64,000 nucleotides of DNA, taken from the NCBI RefSeq assembly GCF_006345805.1, contig NC_043001.1, positions 30,504,001 to 30,568,000 of the forward strand, read 5' to 3'. The notes beneath the pieces are model-generated. The model ran no database searches. It was given only the letters and a program-made list of their open reading frames with translations, and was not told where the DNA came from. A program made the translations under genes and the position numbers. Within the stretch, counting starts at the first letter, position 1; each line of letters begins with the position of its first letter. The DNA comes from Octopus sinensis. Taxonomy: Eukaryota. Below, in pieces: positions 23,562 through 37,228 of this stretch.

Positions 23562-24076
23562 CCGTAAATCCTCGAGTATAGTCCACTCTTGAGTATAATA
23601 CGCAGGGGATTTTTTGGGGGCTGTACCTCTGAAAAACCTAAACTTTGTGTATAATACGCACCCCTTCTCTAACTTAAGTCAAGGAGGTCTATATAATGTC
23701 CTTGGTTTGTAAAAATGTATACGGTAATGTCCTTTATTATTATTATTGTATATATAACATAATGCAAATGTGTAGCTTTTTTGTGCATTTTGTTTGCAGA
23801 AAATAAAGAAGTAACACTAATAACGTTTAATAAATGTTGCTTACTGCATGTTATGGTTGATTCTTTTATGGCTTCATTGCTTTCAGGCTTAGCTTAAGGT
23901 ATTTTCACGCCCAACATCACAAAATGCATCTGAATAAACATAGCCAGACAGCAAATAGAGACTCGGACATTGCTTAGAAAATAATTTTCATTTTTAACCT
24001 CGTATATAGTAAGCATTAGGGATTTTGACCTTTAAATTTTGGGAAAAAAATGCGGACTATACTCGAGGATTTACGG
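23562..24076. mobile_element. Tc1/mariner (pogo-type) MITE
   Basis: TA|ccgtaaatcctcgagtatagtcc ... ggactatactcgaggatttacgg|TA, perfect TIRs. Confidence 0.9.
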
Positions 24077-25163
24077 TATACCACTCAGCAGCAGAAACAG
24101 TACTTCTTATATACTTCCTCACAAACTCTATGCACCAAAATTTCTTGCAGATGGCTTTGAGTGACTCTAACCCCAGGTCAGCAATTCTTGCATAAACCTC
24201 TGCTTTAAGGCATTCTAACCATGATCAACTCATTTACCTCTGGTTTTATATTATTTGCTGTGTACTTTCTTTTTTAAGATGGTGAATTGTGATAGGGGAC
24301 GAGATTTAGCTGTTGTTGTTGTTGTTTGAGCTGATGTTGTTGTTTAGACTTTGATCAGTCTCAGTTGAGTAACCTATGGCCAAAGCAGTCCAGCCATGAC
24401 CAAGCAACCAATTATCTTTTTCCCAGACATAGTGTGTCTGTCACTACAATAGCACCTCGACCTCCTAATTTTTTAGATGATGAGGTATGATTTGAAGAAG
24501 TTTTGGCTGTTATTTCTAGTTGATTGGGTGACCATGTAGAGTATCACTCATGAGTTTGCCTTATTCAGAAGGACATTTGAATGACTGTTGCAAAATATGA
24601 GTTTGTGGACTGTGAATAACATTTCCCAAGCTGAAGTTAACCTAGAGGGTCTCATGACATTTCTCTTTTTTGCCTCATCCTTTACTTCCCCCTCACCAAC
24701 CCAACTGCTCTCCTTTATTCATTCCACACCATGTCTTTTTGATCTACTTCCTCTATTTTCTTCTACATTCATTTCCGTCGCACCTCTCACCCAGTCATTA
24801 ACATCTTTCCTTATCACATGACCCAGCTACCTCATCCTATATTTTACCAGAACATTCATAATTGCCTCTATTCTTACCATCTTCTGCAAGTCATTGTCTA
24901 CCTTTTTTCTCAGTATTATTTTGCTTATTCACTGAAGTATTTTTATTTCCATTCTTTCCAGCTCTTTCTGCTATTCCACATACCCATATCTTATTCCCAT
25001 GAATTATAGCACTTCACACATACCGTACACAACTTTCCCTTCAATTTCAGCAATGTTTCCATCCTCATTAGTATGTCACTCAGCCACAGTTACCTTCTCC
25101 ATGCAACACATCTTCTAACCCATAAAATACTTTCACACCACCCACCTACAGCTTCCTCTATAT

Positions 25164-25382
25164 CAGTGCTTTTCAACATTTTTGCTGGAGCGGAACCCCA
25201 AGGAAACATTCCACTGGCTCGAGAAAGCCCTGTGCAATAATTTAATAGTCTTATGCACACATATCTGCACAGGAGAATTAAAAATTACTGCCGAATTTAG
25301 CAGTTTTGTCACTTCTTGCAGAACCCCTGGACTGTACTAATGGAACCCTAAGGTTCCGCGGAACCCTGGTTGAAAACCACTG
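25164..25382. mobile_element. hAT-type MITE
   Basis: cagtgcttttcaac ... gttgaaaaccactg with exact 8-bp TSD ctctatat (25156-25163, 25383-25390). Confidence 0.9.
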
Positions 25383-25514
25383 CTCTATATACATCTTACA
25401 CTTAAACGTAGCTTTCACAATACTAAATTTTTGATGAACCCATCTAACATATTTTGCATGTTTGTTTAATAGTCTGAGATTTGACATCAGGATTTCTTTC
25501 CAGATGATTTTTAA

Positions 25515-25727
25515 CCCTTTAGTGTTCAGATTACTCTGTTAAATGTAATACTTTTTTTACTCAAATTATTTTGAATTAATCATACATTATCTTACAGCTT
25601 TGAAGTTTCCATGGTGTGATAGTTAGAATGTCAATGTAGGTTAGGTGTTAGAGGCTAGCTATCGCCAGTTTGAATATAAACATGTAGAATATCTGGGCTG
25701 GATATGGCTGGTTTAAGCACCAAAGGG
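25515..25727. mobile_element. Second piggyBac-like MITE family
   Basis: TTAA|ccctttag...aaaggg ends. Relatives at ~29990-30200, 37214-37673 and 37825-38320. Confidence 0.75.
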
Positions 25728-27809
25728 TTAGTCTTAATCTGTCACATATATTTTTCACTATCAACACCTTTTATTCACTCCATAGCAGATGTTGTACATT
25801 TTGAATACACATCAGTATCTCCAAAGCCACATCCTGTGCTTGCCCATTATAGTTGAAACCTTTTGTAACTGTCTGGTCTCTCAGTTCCCTTACGCTCCCT
25901 GCCTTTGAAAAATATTTCTTTTATTGTTTTACAGGCATTTTTCATGATTATGTACGTGTGAGAGTTTGCTTGTTAGGGCAATTGCATGTACGGCTAAATA
26001 CTGTTCCTAATGCTAATCTATCAATCATAAAGGAGAAATGAAACCTGTCTTTATTCAGGTCAGCACTGATCCAACAGGGTCATGACCATAGATATTCTAG
26101 CCATGACCAACCCAATTTTTATTCAAATATTGTGTACTTTGGACTACATTTTTCAATATATCATCATCATTTAACGTCCGCTTTCCATGCTAGCATGGGT
26201 TGGACGATTTTGACTGAGGGCTGGCGAACCAGATGGCTGTACCAGGCTGCAATCTTGATTTGGCAGAGTTTCTACAGCTTGATGCCCTTCCTAACGCCAA
26301 CCACTCCAAGAGTGTAGTGGGTGCTTTTTACATGCCACTGGCACGGGGGCCAGTCAGGTGGTATTGGCAATGACCTCACTCGAATCCTTTTACACATGCC
26401 ACCGGTACAGGTGCCAGTAAGGCGACATTGGTAACGATCAAGCTCGAATGGTGCCGAAGCCTGTTGGCTGTTGTGGCAATGATCATGCTCGAATGGTGCT
26501 CTTGGCACCCTACTAGCACAGGCACAAGTGCCAGTAAGGCAACGCTGGTAACGATCACGCTCAAATGGTGCCCTTTAAGTGCCACTGGCATGCCATTTTT
26601 AATTGATCAAATGACCATGCAAAGGCTGCTTTTATTAGCTTGAGATTTGGTAGCTATTTCTGCCTAGCTGACCACTCACTGCGTAGGGCTCTCTCCTTGA
26701 CTTTCCCTTTTAACTATATTGTACAAATGGTTACTTTCAATTCACTTATAAAAAACAAGTGGCTGAAGACATTTCATGTTGCATCTAGTTAGAGCAGTGG
26801 TTCACAAACAGCACCCTGTAAAGGCTATTTAGATGCTCTCTTTACTCTTTACTTGTTTCAGTCATTTGACTGCGACCATGCTGGAGCACCGCCTTTAGTC
26901 GAGCAAATCGACCCCCAGGACTTATTCTTTGTAAGCCTAGTACTTATTCTATCGGTCTCTTTTGCCGAACTTGAACATTTGTGGCATCTACAATGGGAAC
27001 AATATGTGACAATACAGATAAAATTAGGTCAAATGTTCCAGCAGCTTCATTGTTAAACACTCCAACATAATTTTTTTTCCTAAAAGTATCTGAAGTGATA
27101 CTTAAAACAGAACATCTTCTAAGTGTGTGTATTGACAATCAGATTGGGCATAACATATTAATAAATATTATGGTTATTTAAGCAAAAGCTAAACCTTTGT
27201 ATTGCCAGTTGCAAACTATTTCTTCCTAGTAAAGTCTGGTTTAAAAGGTTTAAGAAGTGCTTCTATAATGCACAGCATTAAAATGACCAGTGAAGTGCTG
27301 ATATTGAGGCTGATAATAATTAACTTGAAATACTGAAAATTATTGTTGAAGGAGGTTATACACCAGAAATGCACAAATTGATAAAATTAGGATTTTCTAG
27401 AAGTACATGCGTGATCGTTGCCAGAGCGGCTAACTGGCTTCCGTGCTGGTGGCACATAAAAAGCACCATTCGAGCGTGATCGTTACCAGTGTCACCTTAC
27501 TGGCACTTGTGCCGGTGGCATGTGAAAAAACATAAGAGTGAGGTTGTTGCCAGTGCTGCTGGACTGGCTCCTGTGCAGTTGGCACGTAAAAAAACACTAT
27601 TTGAGCGTGGCCATTGCCAGTATTGCCTGACTGGCCCTTGTGCCGGTGGCACGTAAAAGCACCCACTACACTCTCAGAGTGGTTGGCGTTAGGAAGGGCA
27701 TCCTGGTGCAGCCATCTGGTTCGCCAGTCCTCAGACAAATCGTCCGACCTATGCTAGCATGGAAATCGGACATTAAACAATGTTGATGATGATGATGACA
27801 TGCCTACTA

Positions 27810-28550
27810 GGACATTCATTTCTGATGAAGAAAACGCAACACCAGGTTTTAAAACATTCAAAATTGTCTGACACATTTTGTGGTAGGAAATACCACTTGG
27901 AGAAGTGAAATTAAAGCCCGCTTCTTGTGTGTCACTCCCAAAATCCAATAGCTTTCAAGAGTTATGTGAAGTTTACTCAACCTGGGATTTGGCCTTCAAA
28001 TCATTTGGCTTGGATGACTACAAGCGTGTTCCAAAACTGTTTGGCAATTGTTTTATTTTTCTCTGCTGTAAAAAAATAAAAAAAGGTACAGTGCTCCTTT
28101 TAGACAATGCACCAAGCCACCCAGTGAACTTCAATAATCTTTCTGATAATGTGAGAGTGGAAATATATCCTTTAAAATACTCCAAAGAATGGATCTAGGT
28201 TTGATAGCAAACTTGAAAGACAAACTTTGCAGTAATTCCTAAAAGCAATTTATAGGGAGAATAAATGTACAGTTAGAGACTTTTAGAAAAAGCTGAACAT
28301 GATACAGTGTATCACACAGTTGAATGATGGGATAAAATGAAACCCTCATTTGTGAATGGTATTTGGCAAAACATATCGGCACCAGATTGGATCCATGACT
28401 CAACAGAAATTCTATATCACGTTCAGCAAAATATCATGACACTAGCAAAGGAAATAATATTTGAGGAAATCATAAAGAGTCAAAATGAGCTCATTTTATA
28501 TAATGAACAATATACAAAGAGATGCTGTGTTGACAAGTTCAAACAACTTT
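27810..28550 (+). mobile_element. Degenerate Tigger/pogo transposase fragment
   Basis: VLLLDNAPSHP...LSDNVRVE motif of DDE_1-type transposases, frameshifted. Confidence 0.65.
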
Positions 28551-29780
28551 GAATAAGTGTTTCACTCCTGCAGCATACACTGATGATGATGATGATCTAC
28601 TTAACTTTTTTTCCAATAACTCTCATTGTGCTGAATATGTACTGTATTACTGTATTGTTAATTGTTATTTATTTCCTAGTATATGTCTCTTTAAAATTTT
28701 TTTTTATTGTCTGAAACTAGTCTAGTCCAGTGATCCTAGAATTACTCATCTGGTGGTTATCTCCCTTGTCAGTGTATATATCTTGTGCGCTTCATAGAGC
28801 ATTAAGAGTTTTTAATTCTTATTTCTTACAATACAGGTGCTTCAGCACCCTCAATCACAATTAGTGACGATAATATATAGATAATTATATCATCATCATC
28901 ATCATCATTTAACGTTCGTTGTCCATGCTGGCATGAGTTGGATGGTCGGATGGTTTTACTGAGCAGGCACACTGGACGGCTGCACCAGACTCCAGTCTGA
29001 TCTGGCATGGTTTTCTATGGCTGGATGTCCATCCTAACACCAACCACTCTGAGAGTGTAATGGGTGCTTTTACATGCTACCGGCATGAGTGACACTGGGG
29101 TGCATTTATGTGCCAATTTGCGTGACATTGTTATCTGCCATGACTGCAGTTTTGCTTGGTTTGATGGGTATTCTTCTCAAGTATGACATAATGCCAAAAG
29201 TCTTGGTCATTGCCTCCGTGGGGCCCAACACTTGAAAAGAACTCAGCCACTTTGTTTTCGTGAGGCCTGACGTTTGAAAGGAACTCAGCCACTTTGCCTC
29301 TGCCAGGCCCAACGCTCCAAAGGAACTCAGCCATTTTGCACAACATTCAAAGGATGTACTTTATGTGCCACCAGCACAGGTGCACATGGTTTGACAGGTC
29401 CTCTCAAGTACAGCACATCGCCAAAGGTCTCAGTTACCAGTCATTGCCTTTGTGAGGCTCAGAGTTTGAAGATCATGCTTCACCACCTCATCCCATATCT
29501 TCCTGGGTCTACCTCTACCACAGGTTCCCTCTACAGTTAAATATCAGCACTTCTTTACACAGCTGTCCTCGTCCATAGGCGCCACATGACCATACTAGCT
29601 CAGTCGTCTCCCTTGCACATCACATTTGATTCCTCTTATGCCTAACTTTTCTCTCAAGATGCTTACACTCTATCAAACATGCATACTAACATGACACATC
29701 CACATATATATTTATATATTGTATTTATATATATATTTAGAATTGGTGTTTTTATACTATAATTTCTCTTTACATTTCAG

Positions 29781-29930
29781 GCCACTAAACCTCCAAAGCC
29801 TATCAAGTCTTCTTCACTCACAAACACAATGGAAAGCAGTAAGAGTTTTGTAATGGCATCAAGTAGCAGTAAATCCAGTAAAACTGACTCAGCAGACACT
29901 GTCCTTCCATTTCGTCGTGTTGAATCAAAA
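29781..29930 (+). CDS. INTS12: INTS12 coding exon 5 (Ser-rich)
   Basis: tacatttcag|ATKPPKPIKSSS...DTVLPFRRVESK|GTAAGA, 150 nt, phase 0 to 0. FRRVESK resembles the conserved F.R.E.K motif. Confidence 0.88.
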
Positions 29931-31317
29931 GTAAGATGATTTTGCCAAATTTTACTCACTAATTTTTTTTTTTTTTGTGACCCACTTTAAACTTTTAGGG
30001 TTCAGTTCAGATTATTCTGTTAAAGGTAATACTTATTTATTCATATTGTTTCGAATTAATCATGCACTCTCTTGTAGGTTCAAGATTCTGATGACATACT
30101 TTATTTTATGATAGGTATGAGGGGCCAGATTGGCCAGTTTGAACACAAAGCAGGTAGAATATTTTGGCTAGATATGACCAGTTTAAATGCTAAAGGGTTG
30201 AAACTTGAAGGTTTCTATTTGTCTTAACTTCATGTCATCATCATCATCATTTAATGTCCGCTTTCCATGCTAGCATGGGTTGGATGATTTGACTGAGGAC
30301 TGGCGAACCAGATGGCTGCACCAGGCTCCAATCTGATCTGGCAGAGTTTCTACAGCTGGATGCCCTTCCTAATGCCAACCACTCTGAGAGTGTAGTGGGT
30401 GCTTTTACGTGCTTTACGAGGGCCAGTTAGGCAGTACTGGCAGCAGCCACACTCAAATTGTGTTTTTTACACAGGAGCCAGTCCAGCGGCACTGGCAATG
30501 ACCTCGCTTGAATGTATTTCCACATGCCACCGGCACAAGTGCCAGTAGGGCGATGCTAGTAACGATCATGCTTGAATGGTGCGTCCACTGATTTCTTCAT
30601 ACTTCTTTCTTTTGAACTTTGGTTGAGGATTTGGTTTGGTGTCACATATACTTTTCTTAACACTATAACAGTTCATTTAGCAAGATACAGCCAGCCTATT
30701 TCTCCTGTGTATTTTATGTAATTTAAATTACCTCTTTTAAAAGTGAAGCTATTACACTTACTGTTTGGGTGTTACTAAAATTTGGATTTATTTTTAGTCA
30801 AGTTAGTTCTTGGACAATACAACTTTACAAAAGGAAAATACAAGTTTCTGTAATCAAGACTTGTAACAAATATCACTCAAACTATTCTTGACTATTTTTA
30901 TTATAGAACAAGTAGATATATTTTTGATGCATTTTTTTCTGCCCTTAAAAGGATTTTATCCTGCATATACATTGTTCAGTATTTATGCGTTGGAAATATA
31001 TCTTTCTACTTATTCTACTATACATTTCAATGCTTCAAAAACAAATTTATATTTGTTTACATATGATGCAATCTATTTTTACTATCTTTTATCATTTACT
31101 TGTTTCAGTCATTGGACTGTGGCCATACTGGAGCACCATCTTGTAGGGTTTTAGTCGAACAAATGGACTCCAGTACTTATTTTGCCTTAAGCCTGGTACC
31201 TATTCTGTTGGTCTTTTTTATCAAACCAATAAGTTTCAAGGACAAAAATAAACTAACACTGGTTATCAGGTAGTGCTATGGGACAAACAAATACACAGAC
31301 ACCCCCACACACATATA

Positions 31318-32599
31318 TTGGGTCGTCCCATAAATGATGCAGTTTTTTTTATACTTCTTTTTATTTTTCAAAATTAAAGTGAAGTTCCTTTTTAATCTAA
31401 AATATACTCTCCTTAATTTTCTACAATGCTCTTCCATCTATCTGGTAGACTTGCAAGGCCCCTCTTTCAAAATTCACTTGTCTGTGATGAAATATATTCC
31501 TCCAGTACTGTTTGGACCTTGTCTACAGAATTCATATTTTTACCATCCAAATGATTTTGAAGACTGCAGAATAAATTATAATCAGATGGGGCAATGCCTG
31601 ATGAATATGGTGGGTGGTGCATCGTTACCCATTCAGGTTGCTCCAGTCTTTGGAATATCATCCTCACTGTATGTGGCCAAGCATTATCCTGGTGGAAGAA
31701 CACCTTCCATCTTGAAACCAAAGATGGTCGTTTTCCTTCTAGTGTTGACGTATGTTGCTCAAGCTGCTTGCAGTAGATCTCTCGCGTTATTGTTTGGTTT
31801 GGGTTTAAAAGTATAAAGTGGACTAAACCTTTCATATTCCACCAAACAGATAACAACACCTTACATGGATGAAGACCTTTTTTAGCCTGGGGTACCAGTG
31901 TTCCTCCTTTCCCTACCCACTGTCTTCAGCGCTCAATATTTTTATAGAGAACCCATTTCTCATCACCAGTTACTATTTGGTCTGAAAAAGGTTCATTTGT
32001 GAGATGTGACAGCAAAGAAGAACACACATTCACTCTCTGCATGTGATTTGACTCAGAAAGTTTGTGAGGAACTCATTGACCCAACTTACTGACTTTCTGA
32101 TGACACACAGGTCTCAATGAATGGTTGAATGACCAAATCCAAGCTTCTCTGCTAGTCCCTCAACAGTTGTGATGGGATTTTGTTCCACCAGGGTTTGCAG
32201 GACGTCCTTGTTGAGTTCTACAGATCTTCCAGGACAAAATTCGTCATCTAGGCTGTAGTTTCCAGCTCAGAATTTCTGGAACCACCGTTGATACTGGGTT
32301 ATGCTTATTGTCTGATCCCCACATACTGCATTAATATTCGTCGCACTTTCCGTTGCGTTGTTACCTTTATTGAACTCTTGAAGCAAAATATGCCAAATAT
32401 GCTCCTTTGTCACTTCCATTATAGCTTTGAAAAAAGTACCTGTTAAAATTGAATGCACTCTTCAAAACTTACACTAAGATTAAGACGGTAAAATTATTAC
32501 CTACTTTTATAGCAAGTTGATGCAGGTAGTTTATCCCATCCCCCTCTGAATTTTAGATCATGCTATTGAAAAAACTGCATTATTTATGTGATGGCCCGA
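31318..32599 (-). mobile_element. Full-length (1282 bp) defective mariner, DD34D type, nested in a family C SINE
   Basis: TA-flanked TIRs ttgggtcgtcccataaatgatgcagttttt / aaaaactgcattatttatgtgatggcccga. ORF pieces MEVTKEHIWHILL..FNKG and MLLSVWW...HQDNAWPH...HPPYS..IAPSDY.LF. Confidence 0.93.
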
Positions 32600-32886
32600 T
32601 ACATGGATACATGTCAGGCTTCTTTCAGTTTCCGTCTATCATATCCATTCACAAGACTTTAGTTGGCTGGGGCTATAGTTGAAGACACCAGCCCAAGGTG
32701 CCACACAATGGGACTGAACCTGGAACCATGTGGTTGGAAAACAAGCTTCTTACCATACAGCCATACCTGCACCTATTACCAATAAAAATGAAGTAGTAAA
32801 GTGTGATTGACAGAAAAGATTTCCAAGAATCATTAGAACATTATTTTTTTAATTAATAATTTTCATCTTTGGTTTTCTCACTTCAG

Positions 32887-33255
32887 GTATCATCCAGCAG
32901 CATGGCAGCCAAGCCTATGAGTGGTCTGGTCAGTCTTGCAGCTAATTTGTCAGGAAAGACAACATCTGATGTACTGTTGTCAAAATCTTCACTGACCAAG
33001 TCCGAACAGACCAAACACAGTTCTGCCTCATCTTCATCGAAAGAATCAAAGCCCAGTAGTAACTCAGGATCAAAACTTGACCTTTCAGAGAAAAATCTAT
33101 TTGCAGCTGCTCTAACCATGGCTGCTAAAGTCAGCACCAAAGGCTCCTCTAAAACTTCTAGTGGTATGCAAATGGCTAATGCTGATAAAAGATTACAACT
33201 GATGAAGAAGAAGGCTGCTGCTAAACTTCAAGAGAAACGATCACTTTTAAAATGA
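32887..33255 (+). CDS. INTS12: INTS12 terminal coding exon (122 aa plus stop)
   Basis: cttcag|VSSSSMAAKPMSGLVSLAA...ADKRLQLMKKKAAAKLQEKRSLLK*. The KRLQ.MKKKAA C-terminal motif is typical of INTS12. AATAAA at 33387-33392 and further downstream. Confidence 0.92.
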   Translation, partial: VSSSSMAAKPMSGLVSLAANLSGKTTSDVLLSKSSLTKSEQTKHSSASSSSKESKPSSNSGSKLDLSEKNLFAAALTMAAKVSTKGSSKTSSGMQMANADKRLQLMKKKAAAKLQEKRSLLK

Positions 33256-34929
33256 TTTTTTTTTTTTTGCTTTATTAAAACATTTTTCTTCATAATTATT
33301 TGGTTGTTTCACTTTTGATTTACAATTCTGAATATTTATAGGTTCTTAAAACTGTTAGTTGACAACAATTAAGACTATGAGTTTAAAATAAACCTCCAGG
33401 TTGTTCAGATTCTACTATCGCATCACACAATTGTTTGGTAATGATATAGGCTACTGATTCCATGAGTGCACATCATTAGAAATAGCTTAGCTTGACTATG
33501 AATATTTACATAAAATATGAGCATCTAGAATGAATTTCAAACACATTATTATTTATGTGGTTGCAAATATACAGCTTATTGTCATCAAACCACAGTAATA
33601 AAAAAAAATTTGCTAGCTTTTCATCATATAATGTTAAAATAAACATTAGTTAAAAGTATTATGGTAATAATGTGAAGTGTCCTCAGTGCATGATCAATGG
33701 GAAAGTTAGGAATATATAAGTAGATTCATTTCTGTAGCCACAATTTTATTCTCCTTTCCCTCTCCCGTTTTTCCCCCTTTCCCCCTCTTTTTTTGGCTTC
33801 TTTCTTTCTCTCTGATTTCTAAAGACATTTTCTCTATATCTGTTATTCACTTGCTTTTTCTCTTATATCTGTTTCCTTATTTTTTGCTCATTTCACATGC
33901 ATATACACATCCATGTCCACAGACATAGTTGCAGATAAGCATTTTGTTTTTAGAGAAAAGTAAATAATTTCATATTTTCTGTCTGTAAAATATTGATTGC
34001 TAAAATAGGCACAAGACAGAACAATTTGAAGGAGTGTGAAGTCATAAAATTTGACTTAAGTACTTGACAGGAACTTCATGCTATTGACCTAGAAAATTTT
34101 AAAGTATCCTTCACACTGATGGGATTTTAGATCAAATTGCAAAGAGTAAAAACTAAGCAAAGCATGTTTAGTGAATTACCTGGATCTTTTCGCTTTGACT
34201 GGCAGATTTTTAAAATAATATCTTTGTAACTAAACACTTTTAAACTTCGTATACTGGTAGAATGTGTTTATAAAACATCTTTTTCTCTTGGCTTTCTTCA
34301 GAAAATTCTGTAGTTTGTAAGATATTTGTTGTTTATTTTCTTGCATTTTGGCAATTTCAACCAATCAATGACGTCTATTGAGGTGAAAACGATTTCTGCC
34401 TTTCTTTATATAAAAATATAAGAAACTTTTTAAATACCTTACCAGCAATGGTCTGACTGAATATTTTATTCAGCCAGCTATGCTTCTCATTTTGTAAAAT
34501 GCTAAATCTTTTGTTACAGAAGGGTTCAAGTAATTAATTATAATTCAGCCTGTACATTGCCAGTAAAGTATTTTATTGTTTCTGAATAGGATGAAAGACA
34601 AAAAAATGGCTTGGCATAATTTGAATTCTGAGCTTTTTCAATATTATGTCTTGAAAATAAAAGTGAATCTTATTGTCCACTTTTTCTTGCTCACATGGGT
34701 TATATAGAATTTGTTGAGGCAGATTTTTCTACAGCTGGTTGTTCTTCCTATCACCAACCCTCACCAGTTTTCAAGCAAGGTGATATTTCCTCATGGCCAG
34801 ACATGTTTTTAAAGAATACTGGAAATAAATGGCAACACTTGTGTGGTGCAGATGCTTGTTTACAACTATCATGTAATGTCAAGAAAAGAAGACATTAGTC
34901 ACACACATGCATATGTATATGCATGTGTA

Positions 34930-35650
34930 GGGTTGTTCTTATGTTGCTTGTTTTGTTTTCCATTTGTTTCTTTCATTGTTTGAAAAAGTTCATATTCCAT
35001 GTATATGTATTTCATGTTGTTTACATTCTGTGATGTCCTGTGTCCAATGCCATGCATCCATTTCCAAGTAAGTTTTATCTTAATTTTGCTGTGACACTAT
35101 TCTATTCTATTACTCTTTTGTTTCCTCTCTTCCTTTCTCTAATTCTTTTCTTCTCCCCTTCACCATTCTCTGTCCCTCTCTCTCCCTCACTCTTCCTCCT
35201 TTGCCCTCTCGTTGCTCACACGTGACCATCGGCCATCTTTCCTTTTCCTAACTTGAGTTTCTTTCTTTCCTTCTGATTCAGCTGCAGGGATCAGATGCAT
35301 TCTTTTCTGTCTCCTGTCCAAGCTTGTTCCACCACATTCGCCGCCTCACCTCATTTAGGCTTAGCAGCCCTTCCTGTTTGTTTTCACTCTCCTGTTTTTG
35401 TTACCAATTTTGACCCTCCGCAAAATCCCAGATTTTATTTAATTCGCTTTGCGGGAGCAACTGTTTTGTTGAAGGTGTATCTTGTCGTGAATTGCTCGAA
35501 ATACGAATAGAAAAACAGCCAACAACTGATGAAGGGTCGTTCTTTATGCTGCTCATTTTGTTTTCCAGTTGTTTCTTTCGTTGTTCGAAAAAAGTTCATA
35601 TTCCATGTATTCATATTTCATATTATTTATGTTCTGTGACGTCCTGTGTT
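34930..35650 (+). mobile_element. Terminally redundant repeat between microsatellites with a degenerate hammerhead-like motif
   Basis: ~110 bp at 34934-35040 recurs at ~35540-35650. ctgtttt-gTTGAAG...ctc-GAAATacgaATA-gaaaaacag at 35461-35518. Confidence 0.5.
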
Positions 35651-35725
35651 CATATATGCATATGTATATACATATATATGTAAGTATGTACATATATGTA
35701 TATATATATATATATATTATATTAT

Positions 35726-35771
<46 letters not shown>

Positions 35772-35848
35772 CCTTATATATAGGGGGACCATAAGTCAGG
35801 GAGAAGATGCACTCATATAACTGTTAGTAAAATGGGTATATTATCTGA

Positions 35849-36122
35849 ATTTTATAGTGTTATGTATCCATCCTGGCTGGTATTACCAATTGGTTTTGCG
35901 CTAAAAATACAGTGGAGTGTTAGGTAACAATCCAATTGTATAAATACGCTCATCATAGTTAGCCGACATGGAAGGGAACATAATTCGCCATAGTCCCTTC
36001 CATGTCCGCCATCTCTGATGAGTGTATTTATATAATTAGATTGTTATCTAACATTCCATTGTATTTTTTGTGCAAAACTGATCGGCAAGACCAGCTATAA
36101 TGGATACTTAATACTATAAAAT
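35849..36122. mobile_element. Fold-back MITE, ~125-bp imperfect arms with a short loop
   Basis: attttatagtg...gacatggaaggga / tcccttccatgtc...actataaaat. Mismatches are mostly transitions. Confidence 0.75.
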
Positions 36123-36124
36123 AG

Positions 36125-36420
36125 AGTCAGCTTGGATGAGATGCAGTTTGGTTTCGTGCCAGGGAAAAGCACCACCGATGCCATATTTCTGGTAAGACAG
36201 CTGCAGGAGAAATACCTAGCTAAAGATAAGCCCCTGTACCTGGCTTTCGTTGACATGGAGAAAGACTTTGACTGGGTCTCCCAATCCCTTAGCTGGTGGT
36301 CAATGAGGAAACTAGGGATAGATGAATGGTTAGTGAGAGCTGTGTAAGCCATGTACAGGGACGCTGTAAGTAAGGTAAGGGTTGACAACGAGTACACTGA
36401 AGAATTCAGGGTAGAGGTAG
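36125..36420 (+). mobile_element. RTE LINE reverse transcriptase fragment
   Basis: DEMQFGFVPGKSTTDAIFLVRQLQEKYLAKDKPLYLAFVDMEK, followed by an in-frame stop. Confidence 0.9.
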
Positions 36421-37228
36421 TCAACCTAGCTAAAACCAAAGTCCAAGCGTGATTGTTGCCAGAGCAGCTATCTGGCTTCCGTGCCGGTGGCATGTAAAAG
36501 GCACCATTCGAGCGTGATCGTTACCAAAGTCGCCTTACTGGCACTTGTGCTGGTGGCATGTGTAAAAGATTTGAGCGAGGTCATTGCCAGTGCCGCCTGA
36601 CTGGCACATAAAAGCACCTACTACAATCTCGGAGTGGTTGGTGTTAGGAAGGGCATCCAGCTATAGAAAATCTGCCAGATCAAGATTGAAGCCTGGTGCA
36701 GCATCTGGTTTGCCAGTCCTCAGTCAAATCGTCCAACCCATGCTAGCATGGAAAGCGGACGTTAAACGATGATGATGATGATAAATATGACAAGTGTCTT
36801 TCAGTTTCTATTCACTAAATCCTCTCATAAGGCTTCAGTCAGACTGAGACTATAGTAGAAGACACTTGCCAAGGCACCACACAACATATAGTTGAGAAAC
36901 AAACTTCTTAACCACTCAGCTACACTCATACCTATCAACTTTTATTAAATCTACAAGGATCTAAGTACACCTCTGGCATCTGTAGCATTAAACAAATAGG
37001 TGGCAATTTTCTTCTCTAAACACAAAACTGGTTTACAAAAAATATCTTTTATGGAATGGCCTGGTCACATCCCAGAATCATTGTAAAAATAAAGAGGGCT
37101 AACTAGAAATATGTGGAAAAATGTGCATCAGGTTTGAACTCATGATCTTAGAGTCAGTAGCCTTGTACTTTAACCAATCAGCTGTTAGGGTTTTAGTATT
37201 AAAATTGCTTTAACCCTTTAGTATTCAT

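Noticed and set aside
36015-36022. CTGATGAG motif
   Set aside because: No stem II or GAAA follows. It is simply part of the MITE arm.
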